Shown: positions 40,398 through 49,821, numbered from the stretch's first letter. The stretch: DNA of 64,000 bases from Opitutia bacterium (GCA_947478395.1 CANJVR010000001.1:96001-160000), one strand, 5' to 3'. The notes: generated by a model not told the origin, from the letters alone. Numbers and translations are program-made.

Positions 40398-40447
40398 CGA
40401 AATGGAACAGGGAGACGAGCCCGCCTGGGGCTCGCGTTGAAACCGGC

Positions 40448-40831
40448 TCAGGCCGTCTTTGCGGCTGCGGCCTTGGCCTTCAACGCGTCCTGGGCTTGCT
40501 GCACCAGGCCGTTAAAGGCGATCTCGTCGCGAATCGCGAGATCGCTGAGGACCTTGCGATCAAGAATGATGTTCGCGGCGTGGAGACCCTCGATGAAGCG
40601 GCTGTAGCTCATGCCGGCGTTGCGGCAGGCAGCGTTCAGACGGATGATCCAGAGACTGCGACGATCGCCCTTTTTCTTTTTGCGGGCGGCGTAAGCGTAT
40701 TGCCACGCGTGTTGGACGGCTTCTTTCGCGTAGCGGAAGAGCTTGGACTTGTTGCCGAAATAGCCTTTGGCGTATTTCAGGACCTTTTTATGCCGCTTGC
40801 GGGAAGCGGGGGAGTTTGTTGCACGAGCCAT
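40448..40831 (-). CDS. rplT: 50S ribosomal protein L20
   Basis: KKVLK.AKGY.G, R.LWI.R.NAA, YSRFI.GL, DRKVL.DLA. Confidence 0.98.
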   Translation of the reverse strand: MARATNSPASRKRHKKVLKYAKGYFGNKSKLFRYAKEAVQHAWQYAYAARKKKKGDRRSLWIIRLNAACRNAGMSYSRFIEGLHAANIILDRKVLSDLAIRDEIAFNGLVQQAQDALKAKAAAAKTA

Positions 40832-40915
40832 GTTGTTTTTTTCCTTTTGGTTGATCGCCGGCGGGTCGGCTTAAGATTTCACCCGCCAGACGAGGTTATG
40901 ATTTTGCGCGAATGT

Positions 40916-41113
40916 TCAGCGGAGGCCGAACGGCAGGGCGCGTTTCAGGGGCTTCGCATGGCCTTCGGCCACGAGCTTGTCGCGGGAGGCACGGCGCTTT
41001 TGCTTCGTGCTCTTTGCGGCTAGCAGGTGACGAAAGCCGGGCGTGCGACGAACGAGCTTACCGGTTGAGGTGAGCTTGAAGCGCTTGGCCACGGACTTTT
41101 TGGTCTTTTGCAT
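40916..41113 (-). CDS. rpmI: 50S ribosomal protein L35
   Basis: KTKK..AKRFK.T.TGK; position upstream of rplT. Confidence 0.97.
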   Translation of the reverse strand: MQKTKKSVAKRFKLTSTGKLVRRTPGFRHLLAAKSTKQKRRASRDKLVAEGHAKPLKRALPFGLR

Positions 41114-41430
41114 GGAGAGAAACGAAGAAAACAGAGAAGGCTCCGCCAGGTGTAAAGGGGAAAGTGGGAACGAAACCCACGAGCCTGATCAAGCGATCCG
41201 CCATCGAATTGACCAATTAGCCCACCCCAGTTTCTGGTCGCGATGCCGCCCACGCATGCCCGAACAATCCTCGCGGGATCGCATCTCCTCGAACGCCGTC
41301 GCGACATTCTCCAGGATCTACACGGCCGATAAATATTTTTCAGCTGCGCATCGCATTCGCTCACGCTTCCGAGCGAAATCGCTGTTGACATCCGAAGTCG
41401 CGTCGTGAGTTTTTTCACCTCTTGGATGCT

Positions 41431-41505
<75 letters not shown>

Positions 41506-41575
41506 CCAAGCGATTTTCATGGGCTCACGCCCCCGTTTTTTCCCAGTTCTGCAGGCACAAGCGCACACTTTCAGC

Positions 41576-41650
41576 GCCGGCGTAGCTCAATGGTAGAGCA
41601 CCTGTTTTGTAAACAGGCGGTTGCGGGTTCGAATCCCATCGCCGGCTCCA
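41576..41650 (+). tRNA. tRNA-Thr(TGT)
   Basis: Anticodon arm cctgt-ttTGTaa-acagg; encoded CCA. Confidence 0.96.
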
Positions 41651-41722
41651 TTCAAACCCACGCTCGCGCTCTGCTCTACTCTGCTCGCCAGACAAAAATT
41701 GCGCGCAAAGAAATTTTTCCAA

Positions 41723-41796
41723 TGCCCGATGGTGTAATGGTAGCACAAACGACTCTGACTCGTTTTGTCTAGGTTCGACTCCTAGTCGGGCAGCCA
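41723..41796 (+). tRNA. tRNA-Gln(CTG)
   Basis: Anticodon arm aacga-ctCTGac-tcgtt; encoded CCA. Confidence 0.96.
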
Positions 41797-41846
41797 CTCT
41801 AAAAATGAAATTGTCCGTCCAAAAATAATTTCCCTAATCAAACAAG

Positions 41847-41890
41847 AAAGTGGGTTGACACCCAACTTTCGATAAACCGTATTCGCGCTT
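41847..41890 (+). promoter_or_regulatory. Candidate promoter for the exbB operon, TTGACA inside an imperfect palindrome
   Basis: aaagtgggTTGACAcccaacttt (41847-41869). The -10 element is not confidently placed. Confidence 0.45.
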
Positions 41891-42147
41891 CCGTGCTTTC
41901 TTCCCCCCGCAATAACTCAGCGGTATGCTGAACAACTGCTTCTTCCAATTTCAGGCCAAAGCGACCCTAGGCACGATTCCTGCAAATCGGCTGTTCGAAA
42001 TCAAACTTCATCACAGACGCCCAGCGTATAGGACCATCAATCTGGCTTAAACGGAGTCTTAGCTCCGGCTTCACGGTGCCATTTTGAAAAATTAGGATCA
42101 ACGCATCTTTCACCGACAACCCAAACTCGATACCAACCTTCTCTATT

Positions 42148-42825
42148 ATGATCAACTCGACCCTCCCCATCGCATTCCTACTCGGCGACGCCACTCCGAT
42201 GGAGCTTTTCGCCAAAGGCGGCTTCATCATGTGGCCGATTCTGCTGGTCTCGTTCCTCGGCATCACCGTCGTAGTCGAACGCCTACTGTTCATCGTCCGT
42301 GAAAACGCCAACCGCGAACCGGAAATCGTCGAAAAGATGCTGGAATGTGTCGAGAAACGTGACATCGATGGCGCCCTCTCCGTTGGCAGCCAGAGCAAAG
42401 ATGCCGTCGCCCGGATTCTCGTCTACAGCCTCACCAATAAAGAGTACTCGCTCTCCAACGCGTTCATTCGGGCCTCGAGTCAGGAAATCGCACGCTTCTC
42501 CCAAGGAATGGCGACCCTCGACACGGTCATCACCGCTGCTCCTCTCCTCGGTTTGCTCGGCACCGTCACCGGCATGATGCGCACCTTCGGCGCCATGAAC
42601 GGAGACCTCGCTTCCGCCACCGGTCAAATCACGAGCGGCGTAGCCGAAGCGCTCATCGCCACCGCCTGCGGTATCGCGATCGCAGTCATGGGTCTCTTGC
42701 CGTACAACTACCTGAACGCCCGCACCGAGCAGGCGAAGCAAGAAATCGCCGATGCGTCGCACGCCTTGGAAATCCTCATCAAGAAATCCGAGACCAATGC
42801 CCCGTTCGCGTCGCGCAAGTCCTAA
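42148..42825 (+). CDS. exbB: MotA/TolQ/ExbB proton channel protein
   Basis: GG.IMWP, APLLGLLGTVTGM, GVAEALIATA.G. Confidence 0.94.
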   Translation: MINSTLPIAFLLGDATPMELFAKGGFIMWPILLVSFLGITVVVERLLFIVRENANREPEIVEKMLECVEKRDIDGALSVGSQSKDAVARILVYSLTNKEYSLSNAFIRASSQEIARFSQGMATLDTVITAAPLLGLLGTVTGMMRTFGAMNGDLASATGQITSGVAEALIATACGIAIAVMGLLPYNYLNARTEQAKQEIADASHALEILIKKSETNAPFASRKS

Positions 42826-42868
42826 GAGACTCGACGCGAAATCGTTGTTTTCCTAAACCAAACTTACC

Positions 42869-43300
42869 ATGGCAGGCTCCAGTTCCGGCGGCGGCGGCGG
42901 CGTAAAAAAGGCGCGCATCGAGATCATCCCATTGATCGATGTCATCTTCTTTCTGCTCGCGACCTTCGTCTTGTTTACCCTCTCGCTGAACAAAACCGAG
43001 GGCCTGCCCGTTACGCTGCCGAAATCGATCACCGGTGAGGCGCGTGACCCGAGCGGTACGGCCACCATTAGCATCACCCAGGAAGCCACATTGGCCTGGA
43101 ACAAAGATCCAGTAACTCTGGATGAGTTCCTAACACGTTTGAAGGCATTCCATACCGCCAATCCCGTTGACGGCCGTATTCTCATTAACGGAGACGAAAA
43201 TGCGCCCTTCAACCAAGCGATTTACGTCTTCGACGAGGTTCGTAAAGCAGGCATCCAGAAAGTTTTGATCGAAACTCGCGTCTCACCTCCCGGATCCTAA
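42869..43300 (+). CDS. exbD: ExbD/TolR family protein, copy 1
   Basis: IIPLIDVIFFLL TM segment with the essential Asp; INGD; VRKAG. Confidence 0.93.
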   Translation: MAGSSSGGGGGVKKARIEIIPLIDVIFFLLATFVLFTLSLNKTEGLPVTLPKSITGEARDPSGTATISITQEATLAWNKDPVTLDEFLTRLKAFHTANPVDGRILINGDENAPFNQAIYVFDEVRKAGIQKVLIETRVSPPGS

Positions 43301-43337
43301 TCGGACTCCCGGCCTAACCACTCACCCACTTTATATC

Positions 43338-43769
43338 ATGGCTGGCAGTAGCTCCCGAGCCGACGAAGGCAAAAAGAAAGCGCGCATTGAGATCATACCT
43401 CTCATCGACGTTATCTTTTTCCTGCTCGCCACATTCGTTCTATTCACCCTCTCGCTGAATAAGATACAATCTCTCCCAGTGCAGTTACCCGTGGCATCGC
43501 CGCCAGCACCGCCCAATCCGGACGACGATACCGTTACGTTACAAGTCTCCGACAGCGGTACCTGTTACTGGAACAAGGAGTTGATTACGGTCTCTGAAAT
43601 TGGCCCGCGTCTCCTTAACTACAAGAATCAATCGACGAATCCGCGGGTACTAATTGCCGGCGACGACAAAGCGCGCTTCGGATTGGCTGTCTTGGCACTG
43701 GACGAAGTCCGCAAAGCAGGAATCAAACAAGTGTCCGTTGAAACCGTCGTGCGCGGCACTGGCAAGTAA
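43338..43769 (+). CDS. exbD: ExbD/TolR family protein, copy 2
   Basis: Same TM segment with Asp; IAGD; VRKAG. Confidence 0.93.
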   Translation: MAGSSSRADEGKKKARIEIIPLIDVIFFLLATFVLFTLSLNKIQSLPVQLPVASPPAPPNPDDDTVTLQVSDSGTCYWNKELITVSEIGPRLLNYKNQSTNPRVLIAGDDKARFGLAVLALDEVRKAGIKQVSVETVVRGTGK

Positions 43770-43792
43770 CCCTCGACCGCCGCCCCTCCACC

Positions 43793-44449
43793 ATGCGCCG
43801 TGATTTAATTATCGGTATCCTTGTCTCGCTCGCCCTCCACGGAGGAATCGCGTGGTTCGGTGAAATTAAGCCGGCCGCGCCGAAGCCGAAGCCCAAGGAA
43901 GAAGTTCCAACCATCGAGTTAATGAAGATGCCGGATGTCATTCCCGACGATCCGGAACCCGTCGATACTAACGAGCCACCGCCAAAGCCCGTTGACTTTG
44001 CTCCGCCAACGCAGACGGACGTGCCCCAGATCATTACCGATACTTCGTTTGTGCAAAAACTTCAGCCTCCTCCTCCCGAGGGTTTGGCGATCAATAAAGG
44101 CGCCATCACGATTCCGCAGGGTCAAGTGGGCGGTTTGGGGAGTCTCGGGGATATTTTCGACATCTCGAAACTCGATAAAAAGCCCGAACCTAAATACCAG
44201 GGAAAACCCGTCTATCCATTTGAAATGCGACGCGCCGGGATCGCTGGCGACGTGCTGGTGGATTTCATCGTAAACGCCGCTGGAGACGTCGTGAACGCTT
44301 ACGCGGCAAAATCATCCCAACGCGAGTTTGAGGCGTCTGCAGTACAAGCTGTCAGTAAGTGGAAATTCCGTCCCGGGCAAAAGGGTGGCAAAGCCGTCAA
44401 CACCCATATGCAAGTGCCCATCGTATTCACCCTCAACGACGAAAACTAA
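43793..44449 (+). CDS. tonB: TonB family energy transducer
   Basis: SLALH (SxxxH) TM anchor, Pro-rich linker, TonB_C domain (PVYP, G.V.V.F.V...G.V, A..AV.KW.F.PG). Confidence 0.93.
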   Translation: MRRDLIIGILVSLALHGGIAWFGEIKPAAPKPKPKEEVPTIELMKMPDVIPDDPEPVDTNEPPPKPVDFAPPTQTDVPQIITDTSFVQKLQPPPPEGLAINKGAITIPQGQVGGLGSLGDIFDISKLDKKPEPKYQGKPVYPFEMRRAGIAGDVLVDFIVNAAGDVVNAYAAKSSQREFEASAVQAVSKWKFRPGQKGGKAVNTHMQVPIVFTLNDEN

Positions 44450-44455
44450 TTTCCC

Positions 44456-45880
44456 GTGTCTGCCGCCTCTTCCATCTATTCTATCCGTTTGTATCGCCGG
44501 GCGAAGATCCTTGCGGGTCTCGTCCTAGGCGTCTGTTTGATTTCGCGGACTATTGCCGCTGAGAACCCACCGCCACCACCCAGTCTAAGCGAAAAAGTCG
44601 TGGAGGCGCTGAAGGCAAAAATGCAGCCGGAGCTCGATAAAAAGAATTGGGACGGCGCCTTGGCGGCGGTTAATGGTATCTTAGCGACTACTCCTCCGGA
44701 CAGTTACGACACGGCTTTTATCACCGATATCAAAGCCAAGATCTTCCTCTACAAAAACGATCTCGTTCAAGCGATCGCACCCATGGAGGCGGTGCTACGT
44801 ATGGCTGATGCCCACCCTACTTATTTCGGTCCCAAAACGACCCTAGATTCCCTGTATACTCTGGCGCAAATCTACTATCAGGAAGGTACCGCATCCAAAG
44901 ATCCCGCGGCGCAAAAAGCATATCTGACGAAGGCGCTGCAATCGATGAAGCGCTGGCTCCAAACCACGCCGAAGAAAAATCCTGACGCTTCCCTTTTCTA
45001 CGCTTCGATCCTGTATAACCAGGCCGTATCCAGTGGCGAAAAAGTCGATCTTAATTTGATCAAAGAAGCCCGGCATGAAATCGACGAGGGGCTGCTCAGC
45101 AGCATTAAACCTAAAGACAGTTTTTACGTCCTTCTACTCGCCACCATTCAGCAGGAGGGCGATACCACGAAGGCCGCCGAAATACTGGAAATGCTGGTAA
45201 AACAAAAACCGGAAAACAAGCAGTACTGGCAGCAACTGTGGGCAACGTACCTTAACATTGCCACTGCCACCGGTGAAAAAGATGAGGCCAAGATCAGAGA
45301 AAATTACGCGCGAGCCATTAACGCTTTAGAAAGGGCCCAGGCACTGGGCTTGTTGAAGGACCCGAAAGATAATTACCATTTAGTCACACTCTATTTTAAT
45401 TCAGGACAATTCGGTCGCGCCACCGAGCTGCTGTACGCCGGATTGAAGAACGGCAGCATCGAATCCGACGTTAACAATTGGAAAATCTTGGGCTACTCTT
45501 TCCAACAGGTCGGACAGGAAATTCAGGCGATCAATGTTTACAAGGAAGCCTCGAAGCTCTTCCCAACCAACGGGCAGTTTGATTTCCTCATCGGCCAGAT
45601 CTATTCCCAAATGGATACTCACGCCAACGAAGCCTATGCGGCTTACTCGGCTGCGGTGGTAAAGGGTAACCTCGAAAAACCCTATTTGGCCTACTCCATG
45701 TTGGCCTACACCGCGTACGACCTGCAGCGTTTCCCAGACGCGCTTAAATGGATCGATGAGGCTATGAAGGTGCCTGATGCAAAGAGCGATAGCCAACTTC
45801 CGCGCCTTAAACAGTTTATCTTAGATGCGGTCAAAGACCAGCTCGCAGCCAAAGAAGCGAACGACGGTAAAAAACCATAA
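44456..45880 (+). CDS. Secreted tetratricopeptide-repeat protein
   Basis: Signal-like N-terminus, repeated helical TPR-type units (LAQIYYQ, YWQQL.A.Y, LGYSF, IGQIY). Confidence 0.82.
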   Translation: MSAASSIYSIRLYRRAKILAGLVLGVCLISRTIAAENPPPPPSLSEKVVEALKAKMQPELDKKNWDGALAAVNGILATTPPDSYDTAFITDIKAKIFLYKNDLVQAIAPMEAVLRMADAHPTYFGPKTTLDSLYTLAQIYYQEGTASKDPAAQKAYLTKALQSMKRWLQTTPKKNPDASLFYASILYNQAVSSGEKVDLNLIKEARHEIDEGLLSSIKPKDSFYVLLLATIQQEGDTTKAAEILEMLVKQKPENKQYWQQLWATYLNIATATGEKDEAKIRENYARAINALERAQALGLLKDPKDNYHLVTLYFNSGQFGRATELLYAGLKNGSIESDVNNWKILGYSFQQVGQEIQAINVYKEASKLFPTNGQFDFLIGQIYSQMDTHANEAYAAYSAAVVKGNLEKPYLAYSMLAYTAYDLQRFPDALKWIDEAMKVPDAKSDSQLPRLKQFILDAVKDQLAAKEANDGKKP

Positions 45881-45907
45881 TCGAAAATTCCCTGTTAAAC
45901 TCTCATC

Positions 45908-46459
45908 ATGAAGAAAACGTACATCTATTTTTTGGTTCCACTTTTGGGGCTCATCGCATTTTCAGCGGTCTACTGGAATTTCAGTTCCAATTACGAAAAG
46001 ATGGAAGCCGCTAAGCTAGCCGTCATTCAGAAGGCGAAAGCGGAAAAGATAGCGGAAGAGAATCGCCTCAATCAGAAGGCCATTGCCGATGCCAACGCCG
46101 CCCAAGTTCAAAAGAAGGAGGCCAAAGCAATCAAGGATGCGAAAGACCGCAAGGATCGCGAGGACCGAGAGAACGCAATCCAAGTTCGCAGCAAGGCTTT
46201 TGCCGAATCAGATAAGTTGAAAAAGCAAGTCGACCGCCTGACCAAAGAGGTCACCGGCATTAAGGAGGAGATCAGCAAAATCGAAGAGGATAAACGCCGA
46301 CTGGCCGACGAGCAGAACTTCCTAAAGGAATTCACCAAAAAAGTTGAGGGGAACGCCAAGGGGCTTACCGAAGTTCTCGAACGCATTGCGGCGGCCGACG
46401 CCGCGGCAGAAGCGGCGGCCAAGGCTGCGGCAGCCGAAGCGCTCAAAGCAAAGAAGTAA
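45908..46459 (+). CDS. Membrane-anchored coiled-coil protein A
   Basis: MKK plus one TM, then about 155 aa of E/K/A-rich helix lacking prolines; co-oriented in the operon. Confidence 0.8.
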   Translation: MKKTYIYFLVPLLGLIAFSAVYWNFSSNYEKMEAAKLAVIQKAKAEKIAEENRLNQKAIADANAAQVQKKEAKAIKDAKDRKDREDRENAIQVRSKAFAESDKLKKQVDRLTKEVTGIKEEISKIEEDKRRLADEQNFLKEFTKKVEGNAKGLTEVLERIAAADAAAEAAAKAAAAEALKAKK

Positions 46460-46481
46460 CCATTACTAGCTTTTACCGACC

Positions 46482-47021
46482 ATGAAAAAATGGATGTATG
46501 TCATTTTCCCCAGCGCTATGTTGGGCATTTTCCTCTTCTTCTATCTCGCTTCTGAAAAAGAAACCGAGCGAAAAGAACTGCAGCGCACTGAGCAACTCGC
46601 CAAGCAAAAGGCGCAGGAGGCAGAACGGAAGCGCGTCAATGAGGAGAAGGCCCGTATCGACGCAGAGAAGCGCCGGATTGAACGTGAAGCGGACGAAGCC
46701 AAAAAAGAAGCCGAGAAGCTCGCCAAGTACGTCGCCGACGGGAAAAAAATCCAGGATGAAACGGATAAATTAAACAAGGAGGGCGACCAGTTTGCCAAAG
46801 AATCCGCCGCCCTTGAAATCCAGATCGACACGCTTCGTAAAGGCAAAGACAAGGCCAGCCGCGACGCTTTTGATCTGCTCAGGCAGGTGGAGATGGCGAA
46901 AGTAGCGCGCCGTAACGCCGAATTTGAAATCCAACGCACCACCGAGATGATCTCTCGTCGGGCCAACGAAAGTTCTCTTGTTCGCCCCCCGGTGATCGCA
47001 GCGCCGGCCCCCGCGAAGTAA
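46482..47021 (+). CDS. Membrane-anchored coiled-coil protein B
   Basis: MKK plus one TM, then about 145 aa of E/K/A/R-rich helix; precedes the operon terminator. Confidence 0.8.
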   Translation: MKKWMYVIFPSAMLGIFLFFYLASEKETERKELQRTEQLAKQKAQEAERKRVNEEKARIDAEKRRIEREADEAKKEAEKLAKYVADGKKIQDETDKLNKEGDQFAKESAALEIQIDTLRKGKDKASRDAFDLLRQVEMAKVARRNAEFEIQRTTEMISRRANESSLVRPPVIAAPAPAK

Positions 47022-47046
47022 TAGGCCATTTCTGGCAGACAATCTC

Positions 47047-47075
47047 AGCCCCGATTAAACGTCGGGGCTTTTTTA
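47047..47075 (+). terminator. Rho-independent terminator of the exbB operon
   Basis: agccccgat-taaac-gtcggggct-ttttt. Confidence 0.85.
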
Positions 47076-47344
47076 TTGAATAAGAGCTCCGAAACAGCCG
47101 GACCGAAAATCTCTAGGGCAGCGAGCCGCTTTAGCCAAGTGGATCATCTTTAAAGGCGGGAAAGAACCTGCCGCCCCGGCACATCAGCCGGCCTGATCAT
47201 CGAGGCCCAATCGGAACAACACCATCTCACCCTACGGCATAGATGCCGGAACGGTAGAAATCGGTTAACCACCCTAGCCTTTCGTAACATCGGCAGCTCA
47301 AACGGCGCCTGATTGGACAACCGCGAGTCACACCTGGTAAAAAA

Positions 47345-47421
<77 letters not shown>

Positions 47422-47602
47422 AACAGAAGAATGGTCAGAAAGCGAGATGCCCGCGGCGGAAGCAAGTGCTTTTTAAACTGATTCCCCGAAGATCGATTTT
47501 CTGCCGCTGCACTGTCCGAGCGGCCCTCTGCGGAAATGTGTTTCAAGTCGCGCGACCTTCCTTTCCGATCTTCGCGACTTCGCCTCTTTCTCTCCCCCTA
47601 TC

Positions 47603-48760
47603 ATGAATAAAGTCCGCATCGGCATTATCGGTCTTGGCAACATGGGCTCGGCGCACGCCGCCAGTCTGCTCGCCGGCAAAGTACCGCGCCTTGAACTCAC
47701 CGCCGTCGCCGACCCCGACGCGGCTAGGCGCGGGCGCTTCCCCCAAGTCGCCGGATTTGTCGCAGCAGAAGAGTTGATCGCCTCCAAACTGGTCGACGCG
47801 GTTATCATCGCGACGCCTCACTACCAGCACACCACCCTGGGTATCCTCGCCCTCCAAACCGGCCTTCACGTGATGGTGGAGAAGCCGCTCTCCGTTCATA
47901 AGGCTGATGCCGAACGCCTCATCGCTGCCTACAAAAACAAAAAGCAAGTTTTTGCCGCGATGTTCAATCAGCGGACCGACCATTTCTATCAAAAGATCCG
48001 CCAGCTCATCCAGAACGGCGAGCTCGGCCAGATTCGCCGCGTGAATTGGATCATCACGAATTGGTTCCGCACCGAGGCCTACTACGCCTCCGGCGGCTGG
48101 CGCGCCACGTGGGCCGGTGAAGGCGGCGGCGTCCTCCTCAACCAATGCCCGCATAATTTGGATCTTTTTCAGTGGATGTTCGGCATGCCTGTCCGCATCC
48201 GCGCTCATTGCGGGTTCGGTCGGTATCACGCCATCGAAGTCGATGACGACGTCACCGCTTATCTCGAATTTGCCAACGGTGCCACGGGCGTATTCATCAC
48301 TTCCACGGGCGAGGCTCCCGGCACGAACCGCCTCGAGATCACCGCCGAGCGGGGCAAGCTCGTTTATGAAAACGACAAGATCGTTTTCACCCGCAACGAA
48401 ACGCCGATGACCGAATTCTCCCGCAAAGCCACGAGCGGATTTGCCGCGCCCGCCACGTGGGATGTCTCGATTTCCACCGCCGGTCACGGCGGCCAGCACA
48501 ACGAAATCCTGAAGAATTTCACCGACGCTATCCTCGACGGAACGCCGTTGGTCTCACCCGCCGTCGAGGGCATTCATTCGGTGGAACTCTCCAACGCGAT
48601 GTTACTCTCCGCCTGGACCGAGGAAACCGTGAATCTGCCGCTCGATGCAAAGCGTTACGAGCGCCTGCTGCGGCAAAAAATCGCCACTTCGAAAGCAAAG
48701 CCGAAAAAGAAAAAAGTCGTCGCGGCGTCGGACGACTTCACCAAATCCTTCGCCCGCTAA
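47603..48760 (+). CDS. Gfo/Idh/MocA family oxidoreductase
   Basis: GIIGLGNMG, ATPHY.H, VEKP, GGGVLLNQCPH. Confidence 0.93.
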   Translation: MNKVRIGIIGLGNMGSAHAASLLAGKVPRLELTAVADPDAARRGRFPQVAGFVAAEELIASKLVDAVIIATPHYQHTTLGILALQTGLHVMVEKPLSVHKADAERLIAAYKNKKQVFAAMFNQRTDHFYQKIRQLIQNGELGQIRRVNWIITNWFRTEAYYASGGWRATWAGEGGGVLLNQCPHNLDLFQWMFGMPVRIRAHCGFGRYHAIEVDDDVTAYLEFANGATGVFITSTGEAPGTNRLEITAERGKLVYENDKIVFTRNETPMTEFSRKATSGFAAPATWDVSISTAGHGGQHNEILKNFTDAILDGTPLVSPAVEGIHSVELSNAMLLSAWTEETVNLPLDAKRYERLLRQKIATSKAKPKKKKVVAASDDFTKSFAR

Positions 48761-48842
48761 ATTCTGGCTGGCGCAGAGTGCGCGGCCCGATTTTTCGGCA
48801 AACTCAACGGCTTCGCCGGCGTTCACTCCGCCTCATTTTCCC

Positions 48843-49631
48843 ATGCTGCAACTTGGCCTTTGTCTCGATCCCGCCACGCTCGCCACCCTGCCCCGGCCAC
48901 TCGACTTCGATTTCATCGAAGGCCACGTGCAAAATTTTCTGCGTCCGCAGGAGCCGGATGCGGCCTTCGCCCCACTGGCCGCTGCGTTGCGCGCGAGCGA
49001 TCGACCCATGCCCGCGGCGAACTGCTTTCTGCCCGCCACCCACAAAGTCGTGGGCCCTGCCGTCGATACCGTCGAGCTGTCCCGCTATGCCGAGACGGCC
49101 TTTCGCCGCGCCGGCCAAATTGGCCTTTCGATCATCGTCTTCGGCAGCGCCGGTGCCCGCCAGATTCCCGACGGATTTCCCGCTACCCGCGCCTTCGAAC
49201 AGTATGTGGAGGCGCTGCGCCTTTTCGCACCGATCGCCCAATCGCACGGCATCACCCTCGTCGTCGAGCCGCTCCATCGCGCCGAATGCAATCTCGTAAA
49301 CACCATCCTTGAAGGCGACGAAGCCGTGCGCCGCGCCAATCACCCCTCGGTGAAACTGCTGGTCGATCTTTTCCACATGCTGCGCAACGGCGAGTCACCC
49401 GACGATATTCTTCACGTTGGTCCGATTCACCACGCGCACCTCGCAGAAAACAAAGATCGCGCCGCGCCGGGCGTGAATGGCGAAGACTTCCGTCCCTTTT
49501 TCCGCAATTTGAAGAGAGTCGGCTACCATTCCCTGCTTACCATCGAATGCGTCTGGAAACAAAGCCCGGTCCTCGAAGCCGGACCGTCGCTCAAAGCACT
49601 CCGCGCCCAGCTCGCCGACGCCGGGTACTAA
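48843..49631 (+). CDS. Sugar phosphate isomerase/epimerase (xylose isomerase-like TIM barrel)
   Basis: VFGS.GAR, VEPL...ECN, DLFHM, HAHLAE..R..PG, TIEC. Confidence 0.88.
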   Translation: MLQLGLCLDPATLATLPRPLDFDFIEGHVQNFLRPQEPDAAFAPLAAALRASDRPMPAANCFLPATHKVVGPAVDTVELSRYAETAFRRAGQIGLSIIVFGSAGARQIPDGFPATRAFEQYVEALRLFAPIAQSHGITLVVEPLHRAECNLVNTILEGDEAVRRANHPSVKLLVDLFHMLRNGESPDDILHVGPIHHAHLAENKDRAAPGVNGEDFRPFFRNLKRVGYHSLLTIECVWKQSPVLEAGPSLKALRAQLADAGY

Positions 49632-49638
49632 CGAACCC

Positions 49639-49821
49639 GTCCACGCCATCGAGGCCAAGTATCGGGTTCGTCCCGTGCCAGTGAGGCAGTGGACGAAGGA
49701 GACGGCACTGCGGCTGTAGGAGGAGTTTGCCCGCAAGGGCGGTGACGATCCCGCCGAGGCGAACAGGCGGGAAATGGAACTCTATTACCGCCGCGATCAA
49801 TCGGTCGTACTCGGCGCTTGA
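49639..49821 (+). pseudogene. 3' gene fragment with internal TAG (49717)
   Basis: VHAIEAKYRVRP...ETALRL*EEFARKGG...VLGA; no start, coding-like codons. Confidence 0.3.

Noticed and set aside
47076..47344. Possible att copy of tRNA-Gln or tRNA-Pro, or an ncRNA
   Set aside because: Only a very short match (ctagggcagc) and no convincing structure.
49717..49719. Stop-codon recoding (in-frame TAGs in fragments)
   Set aside because: Intact genes in the window use TAG as a normal stop, and the fragments lack starts or carry other lesions.
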